Virus record (IMG/VR): IMGVR_UViG_3300017765_000001
Span: 46,338 to 110,337 of that record
Direction: 5' to 3' (one strand)
Source: a virus
DNA: 64,000 bases
A program made the translations under genes and the position numbers. Below, piece by piece: positions 51,613 through 62,181 of this stretch (its first letter is position 1; each line of letters opens with the position of its first letter). The notes under the pieces are model-generated. The model did not search any database. It was not told where the DNA came from and was given only the letters and a program-made list of their open reading frames with translations.

Positions 51613-53893
51613 ACTCCCCCTCCTCTACTTTTTCTAGTTCTTGCATTAATGATTCTAATTTAGAAGACTTATCATCAACAACCTCATCAGTCTTGATGTC
51701 ATATGTGTTCTGATAATAAGAAGTCTTCCAACCATACTTATATGTAGTCAAAAGGTCTTTTGCCATTTCAGAAACTGGGACCTCATTATCTGGGTAATTT
51801 TCTGGATTGTAAGACCAGTTACCAGATATAGCCTGATCAAAGAATTTCTGCATCACAGACACCACATTTATGTAACCTTTGTTGTCAGGCATCTCCCACA
51901 GAAGTGTATAATTGTTCTTCAGTGTGTTGTACTGCGGAACAATCTGCTTAAGAGGCCCTTTCTTGGATTTTTTAATGGACAGATAGTCTCTAGGTGGCTC
52001 GATTCCATTTGTTGCGTTTGACACAACGGAACTGCTCTCTGATGGCATCTGAGCAGACAGTGTTGAGTGCCTAAGACCGTGTGTGGAGATAGATGTTCTA
52101 AGATCTTCCCAATCATGTACTAACTCCTGACTAGAAATTTCATCAACATCTTTCTTGTATGTATCAATAGGAAGGATGCCATCAGCATACTTAGTTCTAC
52201 CAAAATATTCACAATGCCCCTTCTCCTGTGCAAGTTTGTTTGATGCCTTTAGGAGATAGTATTGGAAGGACTCAGCAAGTCCATGAACTGCATCCCATGC
52301 CTCCTGAGATCCATAATCAAATCCAAGTTTGGCAAGATAATGTGCCAGACCAATAAATCCAATTCCAAGGGACCTACGTGCCTTTGTAGCAATCTCTGCT
52401 GCCTTCACAGGATATTCCTGGTAGTCAATCAATTCATCAAGGGCACGCACTGAAAGATCACATAACTCCTCCAACTCATCATCAGATCTTACCTTACCAA
52501 CATTGATAGCAGATAGGATACACAGTGCAATCTCACCAAGATGATCATCAATATGTGAGATTGGATATGTGGGCAAAGTGATTTCTTGACAAAGATTACT
52601 CATCTCCACCTTATCCTTGAAGGAGGAATGAGAATTGCAGTGATCAATATTCATGATGTAAAGACGACCTGTCTCTGCTCTCTCTTTCAGGATGTCAAGA
52701 AATAGTTTTTGAGCACTGATAGTTTTTCTTGGAATAGACTCATCTGTTTCATAAGAAACATATAAGTCATCAAATCTATCAGTACCAAAAGCACCATACA
52801 GATTTGGAACGTCATGTGGAGAGAAGAGAGAAATGTCTCCTCCTTGTATGAATCTCTCATAGAAGAGTTTACTGATTTGAATACTATAATCTAACTTACG
52901 AACTCTGTTATCTTCTGTGCCCTTGTTGTTCTTGAGAACAATAATGTCTTCTATTTCTTGGTGCCAGATTGGGAAGTGGACAGTCGCTGACCCACCTCGT
53001 ATTCCATTTTGTGTACAACACCTGACAGTTGATTCAAACTTTTTAAGGAAAGGAATAACACCTGTGTGTTGAACTTCTCCACCCCTGATTTTACTGTTGA
53101 TGCCACGGATTCTGCCTGCGTTGATGCCGATTCCTGCCCTTTGAGCAACATATCTCCCAATAGCCATATCACTGCTAAAGATAGAATCGAGGGAGTCATC
53201 AACATCAACAAGAACGCAAGAAGCAAACTGTCTGAGAGGTGTTCTGACCCCAGCCATGATTGGGGTGGGGATGTTGATTTTGTGCTTGCTGATTGCGTCG
53301 TAGTATCTTTTGACATAATTCAGTTTAGTTTCTTTTGGATACTCAGAAAAAATAGTTAAGGCAATCATCATGTACATAAACTGTGGAGTTTCATAAACTC
53401 CTCCACCACTGCGATCTTGCACAAGGTACTTATCCACAACCTGGCGTAAACCAGCATAAGTAAAGAGAAAATCACGATCATGATCAATGAAAGAATTAGC
53501 TTTCTCAATTTCTTCTTTTGAATATTTAGAGTAAATATTTGCATCATAGACATCCTTGTTCACACAACTGTAAATATGTTGTTCAAGGTGTGGCAACTCT
53601 CTCATCTTGCCATACAACTGCTTTCTAAGGGCAAATAAGAGCAGTCTAGCAGCAACAAATTGATAGTTAGGATGCTCCAGATCAATCAGGTCAGAAGCAC
53701 TTTTAATCAGGATTTCTTGGATCTCCTGAGTTGAAATGCCATCATAGAACTGAATGCCAGAAGTCATTTCTACCTGGCTAGCAGATACACCAGCAAGTCC
53801 AACAGTTGCCTCTTCAACCATCAGATGCATCTTATCTAAGTCAAGAGGTTCAATTTGACCATTTCTTTTTGTTACCTTGATTCCATTACTCAT
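51593..53893 (-). CDS. nrdA: Class Ia ribonucleotide reductase alpha subunit
   Basis: ATP-cone VTKRNG, FASCVL, SNLCQEI, LCILS, CESC C-terminus; no intein or intron. Confidence 0.98.
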   Translation of the reverse strand: MSNGIKVTKRNGQIEPLDLDKMHLMVEEATVGLAGVSASQVEMTSGIQFYDGISTQEIQEILIKSASDLIDLEHPNYQFVAARLLLFALRKQLYGKMRELPHLEQHIYSCVNKDVYDANIYSKYSKEEIEKANSFIDHDRDFLFTYAGLRQVVDKYLVQDRSGGGVYETPQFMYMMIALTIFSEYPKETKLNYVKRYYDAISKHKINIPTPIMAGVRTPLRQFASCVLVDVDDSLDSIFSSDMAIGRYVAQRAGIGINAGRIRGINSKIRGGEVQHTGVIPFLKKFESTVRCCTQNGIRGGSATVHFPIWHQEIEDIIVLKNNKGTEDNRVRKLDYSIQISKLFYERFIQGGDISLFSPHDVPNLYGAFGTDRFDDLYVSYETDESIPRKTISAQKLFLDILKERAETGRLYIMNIDHCNSHSSFKDKVEMSNLCQEITLPTYPISHIDDHLGEIALCILSAINVGKVRSDDELEELCDLSVRALDELIDYQEYPVKAAEIATKARRSLGIGFIGLAHYLAKLGFDYGSQEAWDAVHGLAESFQYYLLKASNKLAQEKGHCEYFGRTKYADGILPIDTYKKDVDEISSQELVHDWEDLRTSISTHGLRHSTLSAQMPSESSSVVSNATNGIEPPRDYLSIKKSKKGPLKQIVPQYNTLKNNYTLLWEMPDNKGYINVVSVMQKFFDQAISGNWSYNPENYPDNEVPVSEMAKDLLTTYKYGWKTSYYQNTYDIKTDEVVDDKSSKLESLMQELEKVEEGECESCAV

Positions 53894-54873
53894 ATCTTTT
53901 TCCAGGTGGTAAACTTAAGTTTTGCTTCTAAACCAGAGTAGACATTTGATTCTACTAATTTTTTAACATCATGTCCAGCCAATACCATATCATTTAGGTC
54001 TTTCTCTCTGATGTTTGAGGGAAAGATAACTACTGAGTCACCTCTTTCAATTGTTCTGCTGATGCGTTGGACGATCTCTCTATTACGAGGTTCGTTATCA
54101 TAGACCCAGACAGGATTGCTAACCCCCCAGTCCCCAACATCAGCATCAGCACCACACATTGCAATCGCATTTTGAAGGAATGTGCTATCAAAAGGTCCTT
54201 CTGTGACGTATACTGGCACATCTGTAGAAATGTTGTCCAGTCCATATATCTTTGGTTCTTCATCCTCAAACATGATGGTAATGTATTTAATAGGGTTTGA
54301 AGAGAGAGCTCTTCCCTGCACCCCAATCAGGTGTTTGTTTCTATACAAAGGTATCACAATCCTTGACTCACCATAGGTGGTGTCAGGAAATGTATCAGGT
54401 TTCATAGTGTTTATGAATTCCTGAAAGTTTGCTGTATAGTAAAACTCTCCATCAAAGATTGCTCTTGTGTGGAGATACATTTTAGATTGAGTGACATCAA
54501 ATGCTGATGGTAAATCAATCTTTTTTCTGAATACTGGTTTAGAATCCAACTTCTTAAAAATGTCTTCTGGGGTTTCTGTAGTGAAGTTCTTTCCAGTATG
54601 ACCTTCTTTGAACTTCTCAAAAACATATTGTTTATGAGTAACAGGATCTATTTCTTTCAAAAAATTATTGAGAGAAATATTCACACCACAATTATGACAC
54701 TTATAGTTAGTATTGTTCTTAACTTGATAAAAATATCCTCTTGCTTTATTCTTATTCTTCTTTGAGTCTCCACAAATAGGGCATCTACAATTATATAAGT
54801 TTTGCTTTACCTTTTTGAACTTAGAGAGTCTGGAAGATATCAAATTAATATATTTGACATCAATAAAATCCAT
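53890..54873 (-). CDS. gp61: DNA primase gp61
   Basis: RCPICGDS, CHNCG Zn finger, QGRAL, TEGPFDS, DNEPRN, KDLNDM. Confidence 0.95.
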   Translation of the reverse strand: MDFIDVKYINLISSRLSKFKKVKQNLYNCRCPICGDSKKNKNKARGYFYQVKNNTNYKCHNCGVNISLNNFLKEIDPVTHKQYVFEKFKEGHTGKNFTTETPEDIFKKLDSKPVFRKKIDLPSAFDVTQSKMYLHTRAIFDGEFYYTANFQEFINTMKPDTFPDTTYGESRIVIPLYRNKHLIGVQGRALSSNPIKYITIMFEDEEPKIYGLDNISTDVPVYVTEGPFDSTFLQNAIAMCGADADVGDWGVSNPVWVYDNEPRNREIVQRISRTIERGDSVVIFPSNIREKDLNDMVLAGHDVKKLVESNVYSGLEAKLKFTTWKKI

Positions 54874-54880
54874 GCATCAA

Positions 54881-55258
54881 CTAATAACTCCTCTCAATAC
54901 TAGGTGGTTCAGTGATGTTTGTCAATATATCAGGGTTACTTGCAAACACTCTTGTTCCAAAGGTAATAACTGCCAGTCCACCAACTGCCATCCATACCCT
55001 TTTCTCTAGTCCACGTAATCTTTGCAACACACTGTCATGATCTGCGTCCATTTTATCACGGAGTTTGTCAATCTTTGTAAAGAGTACAGTGTCAATTTCT
55101 TCTTGTTTTGATAAGCGCTCTTCATGTACTGCAAGCATCCTACTCACAGTTGTATTTACCTCACTTAATTTTTCAATTGCAGTGTCAAGTTTGATGATTA
55201 TGGGTTTCAGATCTTCAAGTTTTTGATTTAATACTGCTACCTTAACTTCGTTTTCCAT
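54881..55258 (-). CDS. Coiled-coil protein with C-terminal TM
   Basis: KLDTAIEKLSEVN...MLAVHEER...LEKRVWMAVGG. Confidence 0.7.
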   Translation of the reverse strand: MENEVKVAVLNQKLEDLKPIIIKLDTAIEKLSEVNTTVSRMLAVHEERLSKQEEIDTVLFTKIDKLRDKMDADHDSVLQRLRGLEKRVWMAVGGLAVITFGTRVFASNPDILTNITEPPSIERSY

Positions 55259-55535
55259 TGGGACTAAAGTAGGGATTGAAGTCCATAACCTTTCTCATTG
55301 CTTTCTTATCCTCTCTCTTCTTTCTATTATTCATCAACTGATTCATATACTTTTTCACATACTTTCTTCTGCCATCTAACTTTACTGGAGGATCATCACC
55401 CGCTGGTTGTGTGCCAGCAATCTTTCCTCCACCAATATTATTAGCAGGAATAGCACCATCTTCATTTACTTCAAATTCACTATACATTGCAACTCTGAAT
55501 GCATCGATGAATCTATCAATTTTAGACTTTTCCAT
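55242..55535 (-). CDS. Hypothetical protein
   Basis: PANNIGGGKIAG...DDPPV. Confidence 0.65.
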   Translation of the reverse strand: MEKSKIDRFIDAFRVAMYSEFEVNEDGAIPANNIGGGKIAGTQPAGDDPPVKLDGRRKYVKKYMNQLMNNRKKREDKKAMRKVMDFNPYFSPNGKRS

Positions 55536-55908
55536 TAGTGATTCTCTCTAATTCTGAAAGACAATCATCATCTATCTCAATATCATGTATGTAACATCTG
55601 GGACTATCAGGTAGTCTTTCCAAGAAAATAATAAATGTTTTTACCATAGACCACAAGTCCTTCTCTATTTTAAAAAATAGCATTGGAGTTGTTGCCTCAC
55701 CAAAAATATTATACAGTATGATGAAGTGATTGATAAGGAGATGAGCCTTCAATTCACCAGAGGATTTATACTTTTTGAGCAACCTCTTGATATATTTAAA
55801 ATGATTCAAGTCCTTATCAAAATCCTCCTTTGTTATAGCATGGGGATTCTCATAATTTTTAATTGCGAATAAGAGGAAATTATCCTCATTCAATTCAGAA
55901 AATATCAT
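55522..55908 (-). CDS. Conserved T4-like hypothetical protein
   Basis: FAIKNYENP...FKYIKRLL...LINHFIILYNIFG. Confidence 0.75.
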   Translation of the reverse strand: MIFSELNEDNFLLFAIKNYENPHAITKEDFDKDLNHFKYIKRLLKKYKSSGELKAHLLINHFIILYNIFGEATTPMLFFKIEKDLWSMVKTFIIFLERLPDSPRCYIHDIEIDDDCLSELERITNGKV

Positions 55909-55913
55909 TTACA

Positions 55914-56978
55914 TCATACAGCAGGGTTAGAATCATATACAGGGACATTACCTGTCTGAATACCAGCAGTGCTATCTTGTGAATTGCTGCCCATTGCCAC
56001 AAGAACTTCCTTCTTAACTCTAAGGTTTCCATGTGTATCAATATATGTGGTGACACCAACCCAACCAGCATGGTCAACTTCAAATGCAGATCCAGCAGAT
56101 GCTGTCACACCAGCACCAGAAACACCATAGAGATACTTGTCATATCCTGCTTTATGTCTGGCAATGGTAATGTCAGCACCAACAAGAAGTGTTTCACCAA
56201 TGGTTGAACCCAAGCTGACCATCTTAGCACCAGGTTCAGAGAACAGAAGCACTGTTCCAAAACCAATTTCTGCAGTGGTTGCAGCATCAACTGTTACAAA
56301 TGAAGCAGCAGTAGAAACCACCTTAACACCAAGTCCACCAGTTGTAAATGTTGTTCCAGCAGTTCCAGATGAGATAACTGTGCCAGCCTGAAGTCCTGGA
56401 ACTAAACTTGTGTTGAAGAAGATTGTAGTAAATCCAACAGGAACATGGTTTCCTACTTCAAGTGTAGCAGTTCCAAGTCCAAGGATCTTATGATTTACTC
56501 CATTATTAACAACAAAATCACCAACTTTCACACCTTTATTGGCAGCAGCAAGTACTGAATCAAAACTCAGGATGCTAACACCAACACCTGCAACTGACAA
56601 ATTAGGCACTGTAGTGAATGGTTTAATAGAACCACCCTCTTGACTAAGTGTTTCACTATCACTATATGAAACATCAAGAATACTTGACTTAGGAAGTTCA
56701 CTAACCTGGAACTGCGCACCAGAGATAGCATCTCCAGAAAGACCTGCAGTTGATCCAATGGTAAGTGACTCACTATTAGCAATACTGACAATTACAGCAT
56801 CACCAAAATAATCAGTTGATCCACCATCAGTTCTTGTACCAAATCTTATTACCTGCCCCTCTGTACATCCTCCAGTAATACCAAAGGAGGTGCCAGTGCC
56901 CGTCACGACACCAGTGCCATAGTTCAGAGCAACTGTTCCAGTTGACAGAACATTATCGTTTTTACCCCAAAGTGCCAT
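55914..56978 (-). CDS. Virion structural protein (Gly/Thr/Val-rich)
   Basis: MALWG N-terminus; HAGWVG...RVKKEVLVAM C-terminus; late promoter TATAAATA 57014-57021. Confidence 0.75.
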   Translation of the reverse strand: MALWGKNDNVLSTGTVALNYGTGVVTGTGTSFGITGGCTEGQVIRFGTRTDGGSTDYFGDAVIVSIANSESLTIGSTAGLSGDAISGAQFQVSELPKSSILDVSYSDSETLSQEGGSIKPFTTVPNLSVAGVGVSILSFDSVLAAANKGVKVGDFVVNNGVNHKILGLGTATLEVGNHVPVGFTTIFFNTSLVPGLQAGTVISSGTAGTTFTTGGLGVKVVSTAASFVTVDAATTAEIGFGTVLLFSEPGAKMVSLGSTIGETLLVGADITIARHKAGYDKYLYGVSGAGVTASAGSAFEVDHAGWVGVTTYIDTHGNLRVKKEVLVAMGSNSQDSTAGIQTGNVPVYDSNPAV

Positions 56979-57020
56979 GTGACTGCCCTTGCTAAAATTT
57001 ATATGCTATAGAATATTTAT

Positions 57021-57047
57021 AAAAATGAGAGACCCCTGGGTCTCTCA
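57021..57047 (-). terminator. Intrinsic terminator running into a late promoter
   Basis: TGAGAGACCC/GGGTCTCTCA stem plus T-tract then TATAAATA. Confidence 0.75.
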
Positions 57048-57051
57048 AAAA

Positions 57052-57273
57052 CTAGACAGCAGTCTCTGGTTCTGCCTCTTCTCTTGTCTTGATTGCCTTG
57101 ATGACAACTTCTAAAAGTTGGTCATCCATGTCAGTCTTAGTAAGCTTTACTGCCTTACTAAGGATTACAAGACAAATATCAATCAACTTTTCTCCTAATT
57201 CCTCATTCTCAGGAATATTTGATACTGCATCTGAAATAATCTTTGAAGCCAATGGAAGTAAGAATGCAAACAT
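57052..57273 (-). CDS. Conserved cyanophage hypothetical protein
   Basis: FLLPLASKII...KAVKLTKTDMDDQLL. Confidence 0.7.
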   Translation of the reverse strand: MFAFLLPLASKIISDAVSNIPENEELGEKLIDICLVILSKAVKLTKTDMDDQLLEVVIKAIKTREEAEPETAV

Positions 57274-57310
57274 GATAATTCTCGCTATCTACAGACTATA
57301 TATGTATCTG

Positions 57311-57538
57311 CTATTCATCTCTGTATCTTGATTCCATCAACATCTTATCCATCTGTCTTATCATGTATTTAACATGTGCTGTAGGTTCCTGCATGTGTTC
57401 AGGTCTCTCCCCTGAACCAGGTCTATTTTTAAGATAAAAATCTACAGCATTGTGTATCAATCTAACATCTTCTTCATGAAGATGAAACCAAAATCTGTGT
57501 TGTTGGTCTCTAGGTTTTTTAGTGTTACCTGTTGGCAT
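57311..57538 (-). CDS. Hypothetical protein
   Basis: 75-aa ORF, TAATG-coupled. Confidence 0.6.
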   Translation of the reverse strand: MPTGNTKKPRDQQHRFWFHLHEEDVRLIHNAVDFYLKNRPGSGERPEHMQEPTAHVKYMIRQMDKMLMESRYRDE

Positions 57539-57933
57539 TAGGTTTTCTTCTTGCCACTAATTTCATCATATCTTGGTTTGTTATCTCTATTAGAAACATA
57601 CTGTTTCTTATCAGGATCCCATGTTTTAACTTCTCCTTTTTTTAATCTGCTCTGTGCCTCCTTTGCTTTCTGCGCAAACTTGCCAAACTTCATTCTCTTA
57701 TCTTGTTCTTTATTTCTCCTATCATTATCAGCAATTCTTTTCATTGCCTTAGGAGAAGTAAGAGCACTAGTTCTAAGTGATTCTGCCTGAGGTCCACGCT
57801 CAGCAGTCAACTTCGCAGCAACTGCCATCTGCCTTCTCTTTTCTTTTGACTTACCTTTAAATTGTGGCGCTTTAGATTTGTAAAAATCCTTTATCACATC
57901 ACCCATACTATCTTTCTTAAGATCTAATGGCAT
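57538..57933 (-). CDS. Basic protein, possible internal head protein
   Basis: IKDFYKSKAPQFKGKSKEKRRQMAVAAKL. Confidence 0.65.
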   Translation of the reverse strand: MPLDLKKDSMGDVIKDFYKSKAPQFKGKSKEKRRQMAVAAKLTAERGPQAESLRTSALTSPKAMKRIADNDRRNKEQDKRMKFGKFAQKAKEAQSRLKKGEVKTWDPDKKQYVSNRDNKPRYDEISGKKKT

Positions 57934-58853
57934 TACTTTGCCTTTTCACAGTTTGGATATCTCTTACCAAAGAGAATCTTGGTCTTTCTTTTGGGGTTTA
58001 CTCTATAACCAGGCCAGCACTTCTCATCAAGTTCATTCTCTTCTTTATTTGTCTTCATGATTGCACCTTTACCATACTTGTCAGTGATAGATTTTTTAAC
58101 AAAATCAAATGCTCTCTGTGATGCCTCTCTTGATTTTTGTCTTTCTGCATCAGAGATTGCAGCACTCTTTACATTCTTGGGTGGTTTTTTGTAATCTGCT
58201 CTTGCACCCATCCCACCACGCTCAAGGTGCCTATCCTTCATGGCATCAGACTCCTCTTCATTTACTGATTCAGTTTTGGTTGGTTCATCAGATTTTTGAC
58301 CAGCCTTTGATATACTTTGCTTTCTCTTCTTGGCAATCATCACATCAAGTTGTGCCTTTCTCTTTTGAAGCATTACTTCTTGAGGAGACATTGATGCATA
58401 CTCATCAAGTTCTACTTCTTCTTTCTTCAGTGGTTCAGGTTTAATGATATCAATAGTTTCAATCTCTAATGGTTTATAGTTTTCATCATAGTCAATCACC
58501 TCAAGCATTTCCACCACCGTACCACCAATTTTTTTAAACTCCTCAGACATTTCAGGATTAATCTTAATCTTATTCTTGATTTTCTTTTCTTTAATCTTGG
58601 GTTCCATATCATCTTCACCTATGACTTCAATCAGATCACTTCTCCAATTAGAAAACTTCTCTGACAATCCAAGACTCTTCTTAATCATTTGACGCTCAGC
58701 AGCACCAATACCACTACCAGCAGTTGACATATGATCATTGAAAGCTTTAATCATATTGCCACCTTCCTTTCTTGCCTTATACCTGATGGCTTTGGTAATT
58801 GATCTGACTCTTCCCTTTACTGCTTCAGGAGAATTGTCTTGCTCAGAAATCAT
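57933..58853 (-). CDS. Charged modular protein, possible internal head protein
   Basis: Many hydrophobic-x-E sites; KCWPGY...PNC module; late promoter 58879-58885. Confidence 0.65.
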   Translation of the reverse strand: MISEQDNSPEAVKGRVRSITKAIRYKARKEGGNMIKAFNDHMSTAGSGIGAAERQMIKKSLGLSEKFSNWRSDLIEVIGEDDMEPKIKEKKIKNKIKINPEMSEEFKKIGGTVVEMLEVIDYDENYKPLEIETIDIIKPEPLKKEEVELDEYASMSPQEVMLQKRKAQLDVMIAKKRKQSISKAGQKSDEPTKTESVNEEESDAMKDRHLERGGMGARADYKKPPKNVKSAAISDAERQKSREASQRAFDFVKKSITDKYGKGAIMKTNKEENELDEKCWPGYRVNPKRKTKILFGKRYPNCEKAK

Positions 58854-60076
58854 GACGCAACTTTCTTTTTCTTATACTTATTTATGAATTTCCTACCATT
58901 TATAACACCTGTCATCCTCATGACATAATCCCTGAGTGAATCAGTACCAACCTCTCTCTGATGAGATGGTACACCAGATGGTCCAGGATAGTTTACAGTT
59001 GCTTCTGATAAATCTCTAATCCATGACTTGAACATCACATTATCTTCTGTCACACAGATAAGATAATTAGTGCCTCTTCTGATGACTTTACCTATCAAAC
59101 CAGTATTCAAATTCTCTACAAGTTGCCCCATCTTAAAGATGGCACCTGACACAAAGTTTTCTCTAAGATTTTTCCAATCAAACTTAGGAGCAATCTCCCA
59201 AAGTTCATAACCCTCAGCAACCTTCATTCTCTTTCTAATGGTTGTCATCATCAGTTTTGCTGTCTTATCATCAATATTTGAGGGTAAACCAGACACAAAG
59301 GTTTCATAATCATCCTCTGCTGCTGCCTTTCTCATCTTAGAGGCAGACATTCCCGCTACACCTTTAGCGTCTGCATCTCTTTCTCCAGCAGATACAGTCT
59401 CCACACCAGAAAAGTCATAGAGTTTGCCATTGTAGTCTCCTGACATTTTTTCAAACTCTTTGACCCTATCACCACCCACCACAATTTTAACACTTGAATA
59501 TCCATCTTGATGTGCCTGCTTCAAAACGTCAAAAATAGTCCTTGCATTTGGATCACTCACAATGCTACCAGCATGATCTGGGAACATTCTTCTCATCAAT
59601 TCTGCCTTTTCCTCTGGATCAAGAGGATTTTTCTTAGCATCTTGTGATCTTGATGGATATACTCTAAGAGTTCCATCTCCTGCTGCAGATTTTGCCTTAT
59701 CTAATAATTTTTGATGCCCTATTGTTGGTGGATTGAATCTACCAAATGTGACTGTAAGTGGACCTAAGTCTTCTTTTGGTGTGCCATCTGCCCTTGTGGG
59801 AGGTGACATTCTCCTTGGTGTACCATCAGCAAATGCACCAAACTCTGTCTCTTGTTCTGGTGGTGCTTGTTGTGTTTGTGCCTGTGGTTCCTGTTGTTGA
59901 GCAGGTTGCTTCTTAGATAGATATGATAACTTACCTCTTTCTGTTTTGGCAACAATATTACCCTGGTTGTCAAACCAGTTGCCGTGACCATCTCCAGTCA
60001 GACCAGCACGCTCTGCTTGATCTGATATTCGTGAAGTTCTTGCCTCACTACAGAAACTTAAGAACGTTCTCATCAA
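58850..60076 (-). CDS. Cytidylyltransferase-family nucleotidyltransferase
   Basis: TFGRFNPPTIGHQKL, KNPL, VGGDRV, SAGERD, SASKMR; late promoter 60096-60102. Confidence 0.85.
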   Translation of the reverse strand: MMRTFLSFCSEARTSRISDQAERAGLTGDGHGNWFDNQGNIVAKTERGKLSYLSKKQPAQQQEPQAQTQQAPPEQETEFGAFADGTPRRMSPPTRADGTPKEDLGPLTVTFGRFNPPTIGHQKLLDKAKSAAGDGTLRVYPSRSQDAKKNPLDPEEKAELMRRMFPDHAGSIVSDPNARTIFDVLKQAHQDGYSSVKIVVGGDRVKEFEKMSGDYNGKLYDFSGVETVSAGERDADAKGVAGMSASKMRKAAAEDDYETFVSGLPSNIDDKTAKLMMTTIRKRMKVAEGYELWEIAPKFDWKNLRENFVSGAIFKMGQLVENLNTGLIGKVIRRGTNYLICVTEDNVMFKSWIRDLSEATVNYPGPSGVPSHQREVGTDSLRDYVMRMTGVINGRKFINKYKKKKVAS

Positions 60077-60098
60077 TACAAATGTGTTATAAATTTAT

Positions 60099-60875
60099 TT
60101 ATGATTGAGCTAGAGTGAACACATCTGTATCACTTTCTGCTGCAAGACCAGTCTCATCAGAGAACTTTCTGAGATCATTCTTAGATGGATTGGCAATTCT
60201 TTCTCTTGCCATGTCATGATACTCTTCAGACAAATCAAATCCAATGTAATCATGACCAAGCAGTGTTGCTACCAATCCAGTGGTGCCAGAACCACTGTAA
60301 GGATCAAAGACAATACCAGGTTCTGACATTACTGCCTGAATACACCTTGCAGGAAGTTGAATAGGATATGGTGCAGGATGAGGATTCTTCATCTCAGGAC
60401 CAAACTTCCATACACTTGTCCAGTTTGCAGAACGCCTTGGCAGTCTTGGGTGCTTTGAACCTTTACACAACCAGAAGATTCTCTCATCAGTCTGAATAAA
60501 CCTATAACCAGATATCTCTGGACCACTACCACGATTCCAGATAATCTCCTCTCTAATATTCCACTTGGTTTTAGTCAACCACTGCCAAGGAGAGATGGCA
60601 CCACCTTTATCATATCTGACCTTATGATTGTAGAAGAGTGATCCACCCTCTTTAGTCTTATCATAGATGATATCAAGCAGTTCAATCTGCTGCTCCTGAT
60701 ACTCATCTTCAGGCAGAGTATCATCAAAGTCTTGATACTTAATCTTTCTGAACAGACCACCACCAACACCTCTCTTATTGTATGGAGGAGATGTGACAGT
60801 GCAGTCAATGGATTCATCCTCCAGGTCCAGTGCCAAATTGAGGCAGCTGCCAGTCCTCAGGTCAATCATGGTCAT
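60099..60875 (-). CDS. Beta-class N4-C/N6-A DNA methyltransferase
   Basis: TSPPY, HPAPYP, DPYSGSGTT; own promoter TTGTCA-N17-TATAAT at 60892-60920. Confidence 0.9.
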   Translation of the reverse strand: MTMIDLRTGSCLNLALDLEDESIDCTVTSPPYNKRGVGGGLFRKIKYQDFDDTLPEDEYQEQQIELLDIIYDKTKEGGSLFYNHKVRYDKGGAISPWQWLTKTKWNIREEIIWNRGSGPEISGYRFIQTDERIFWLCKGSKHPRLPRRSANWTSVWKFGPEMKNPHPAPYPIQLPARCIQAVMSEPGIVFDPYSGSGTTGLVATLLGHDYIGFDLSEEYHDMARERIANPSKNDLRKFSDETGLAAESDTDVFTLAQS

Positions 60876-60903
60876 GCGCTTATATGGGAATATTATAGCA
60901 GGT

Positions 60904-62178
60904 TTATTGAATCTTGACAAATGGACCAGCAAGGTCTGCCTGAGAAATATTCATCTTTGAGGACAAGAAGTAAGCATGAGAAATCAGTTCACCTAGTTTA
61001 CCCTGCTGATTTGCTTTGATGAACATCTTAATATATCTAAGATGTCTTAACTTTGCTCTTATTTTGGTGGCAAAATTTTTACCAGATGGGACACCACTAT
61101 CCATCAAAAACATTGCTTTGATAAAATCCTCAGGTGACATAGATTGACCATCAATCTCTGGTCCAACAATGTCTACAGGAACATTAACAGATGATAATGA
61201 TAAAATATTTTTATAATAAGTTTGCCAGTATGTTATTTGAGATTTTGACGCCTTCCCAGTCAGAGGAATATTATAATTTAAATCCTCATTAGTATATTTC
61301 TTAACCAATTTTGCCATTTCTGGTCCAGGAATAGATCCATTTCTGGCAGCAGCAGTAACATATTTACCTTTGTTGTTTATTGGTCTGTCTCTTGGTTCAG
61401 TCACATCAGCAGATTTACTGCCCACTTTTGTCTCCCAGGTATATCTTTTCTTATAAGCTCCTGCTTCAAACTCCATTTCAAATCTTAAAGAATTTCCCAC
61501 AAAATCCATAGCATTTGCTCTTCTACCTGAGGTTATTTGAAATCTTGTATTCATAGCGTTGACAAAATTTCCAGACTGAACTTTCAATCCCTCAGGACCA
61601 AGAGCAATATTTGTTGGAGTAATATTGATATTTACATTTTTTGTCTTCTGCTTAAGCGATATAGGAATAAGAATCTTATCTTCCAATAAAGCAGACATGT
61701 ATCTGTTTACTGTTCCAACAAATATTGCAGGATCCACACCATTAGAAAATTCACTTTTGAGAGTATCAATGGTAGTCTTTATTTCTCTTTCTTTGTTTGA
61801 TTTAACCATATAAACATCTGCAGTATCCCAGGAGTCTTTTTTTCCTGCAAAAATTTTTTTCTGGTCAACACCAAAACTATCCCAGATGTAATTCAGTACA
61901 TCAGTTGTTGCTGATGCTGGAATAGATTTTGTCCTACCATCATAGTGAGCATACTTCCATGATGTGTCTTTAGATCCAGATCTATGTCCAATGTAAGACA
62001 TGACTGCTTCAGTGCCAGCAAGTATTCCATTCCTCCAATCATCTGACATCCTAGGATACTCTTCATCCATAGCATTAGTCATGCCAGGAGATAAACCACT
62101 GATTGGAGATAATCCATTATTGATTGCTTGATAATAAGATGCAATTGATGCTGCTTCAAATTGTGCAGTATCTGCCAT
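60904..62178 (-). CDS. Hypothetical protein, possible PD-(D/E)xK restriction-like nuclease
   Basis: E near the N-terminus, KDSWDTADVYMV...LIPISLKQ; directly upstream of the MTase. Confidence 0.5.
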   Translation of the reverse strand: MADTAQFEAASIASYYQAINNGLSPISGLSPGMTNAMDEEYPRMSDDWRNGILAGTEAVMSYIGHRSGSKDTSWKYAHYDGRTKSIPASATTDVLNYIWDSFGVDQKKIFAGKKDSWDTADVYMVKSNKEREIKTTIDTLKSEFSNGVDPAIFVGTVNRYMSALLEDKILIPISLKQKTKNVNINITPTNIALGPEGLKVQSGNFVNAMNTRFQITSGRRANAMDFVGNSLRFEMEFEAGAYKKRYTWETKVGSKSADVTEPRDRPINNKGKYVTAAARNGSIPGPEMAKLVKKYTNEDLNYNIPLTGKASKSQITYWQTYYKNILSLSSVNVPVDIVGPEIDGQSMSPEDFIKAMFLMDSGVPSGKNFATKIRAKLRHLRYIKMFIKANQQGKLGELISHAYFLSSKMNISQADLAGPFVKIQ

Positions 62179-62181
62179 AGG

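Noticed and set aside
50410-53893. Introns or inteins in nrdA/nrdB (also checked psbA and thyX)
   Set aside because: All are continuous and of normal length
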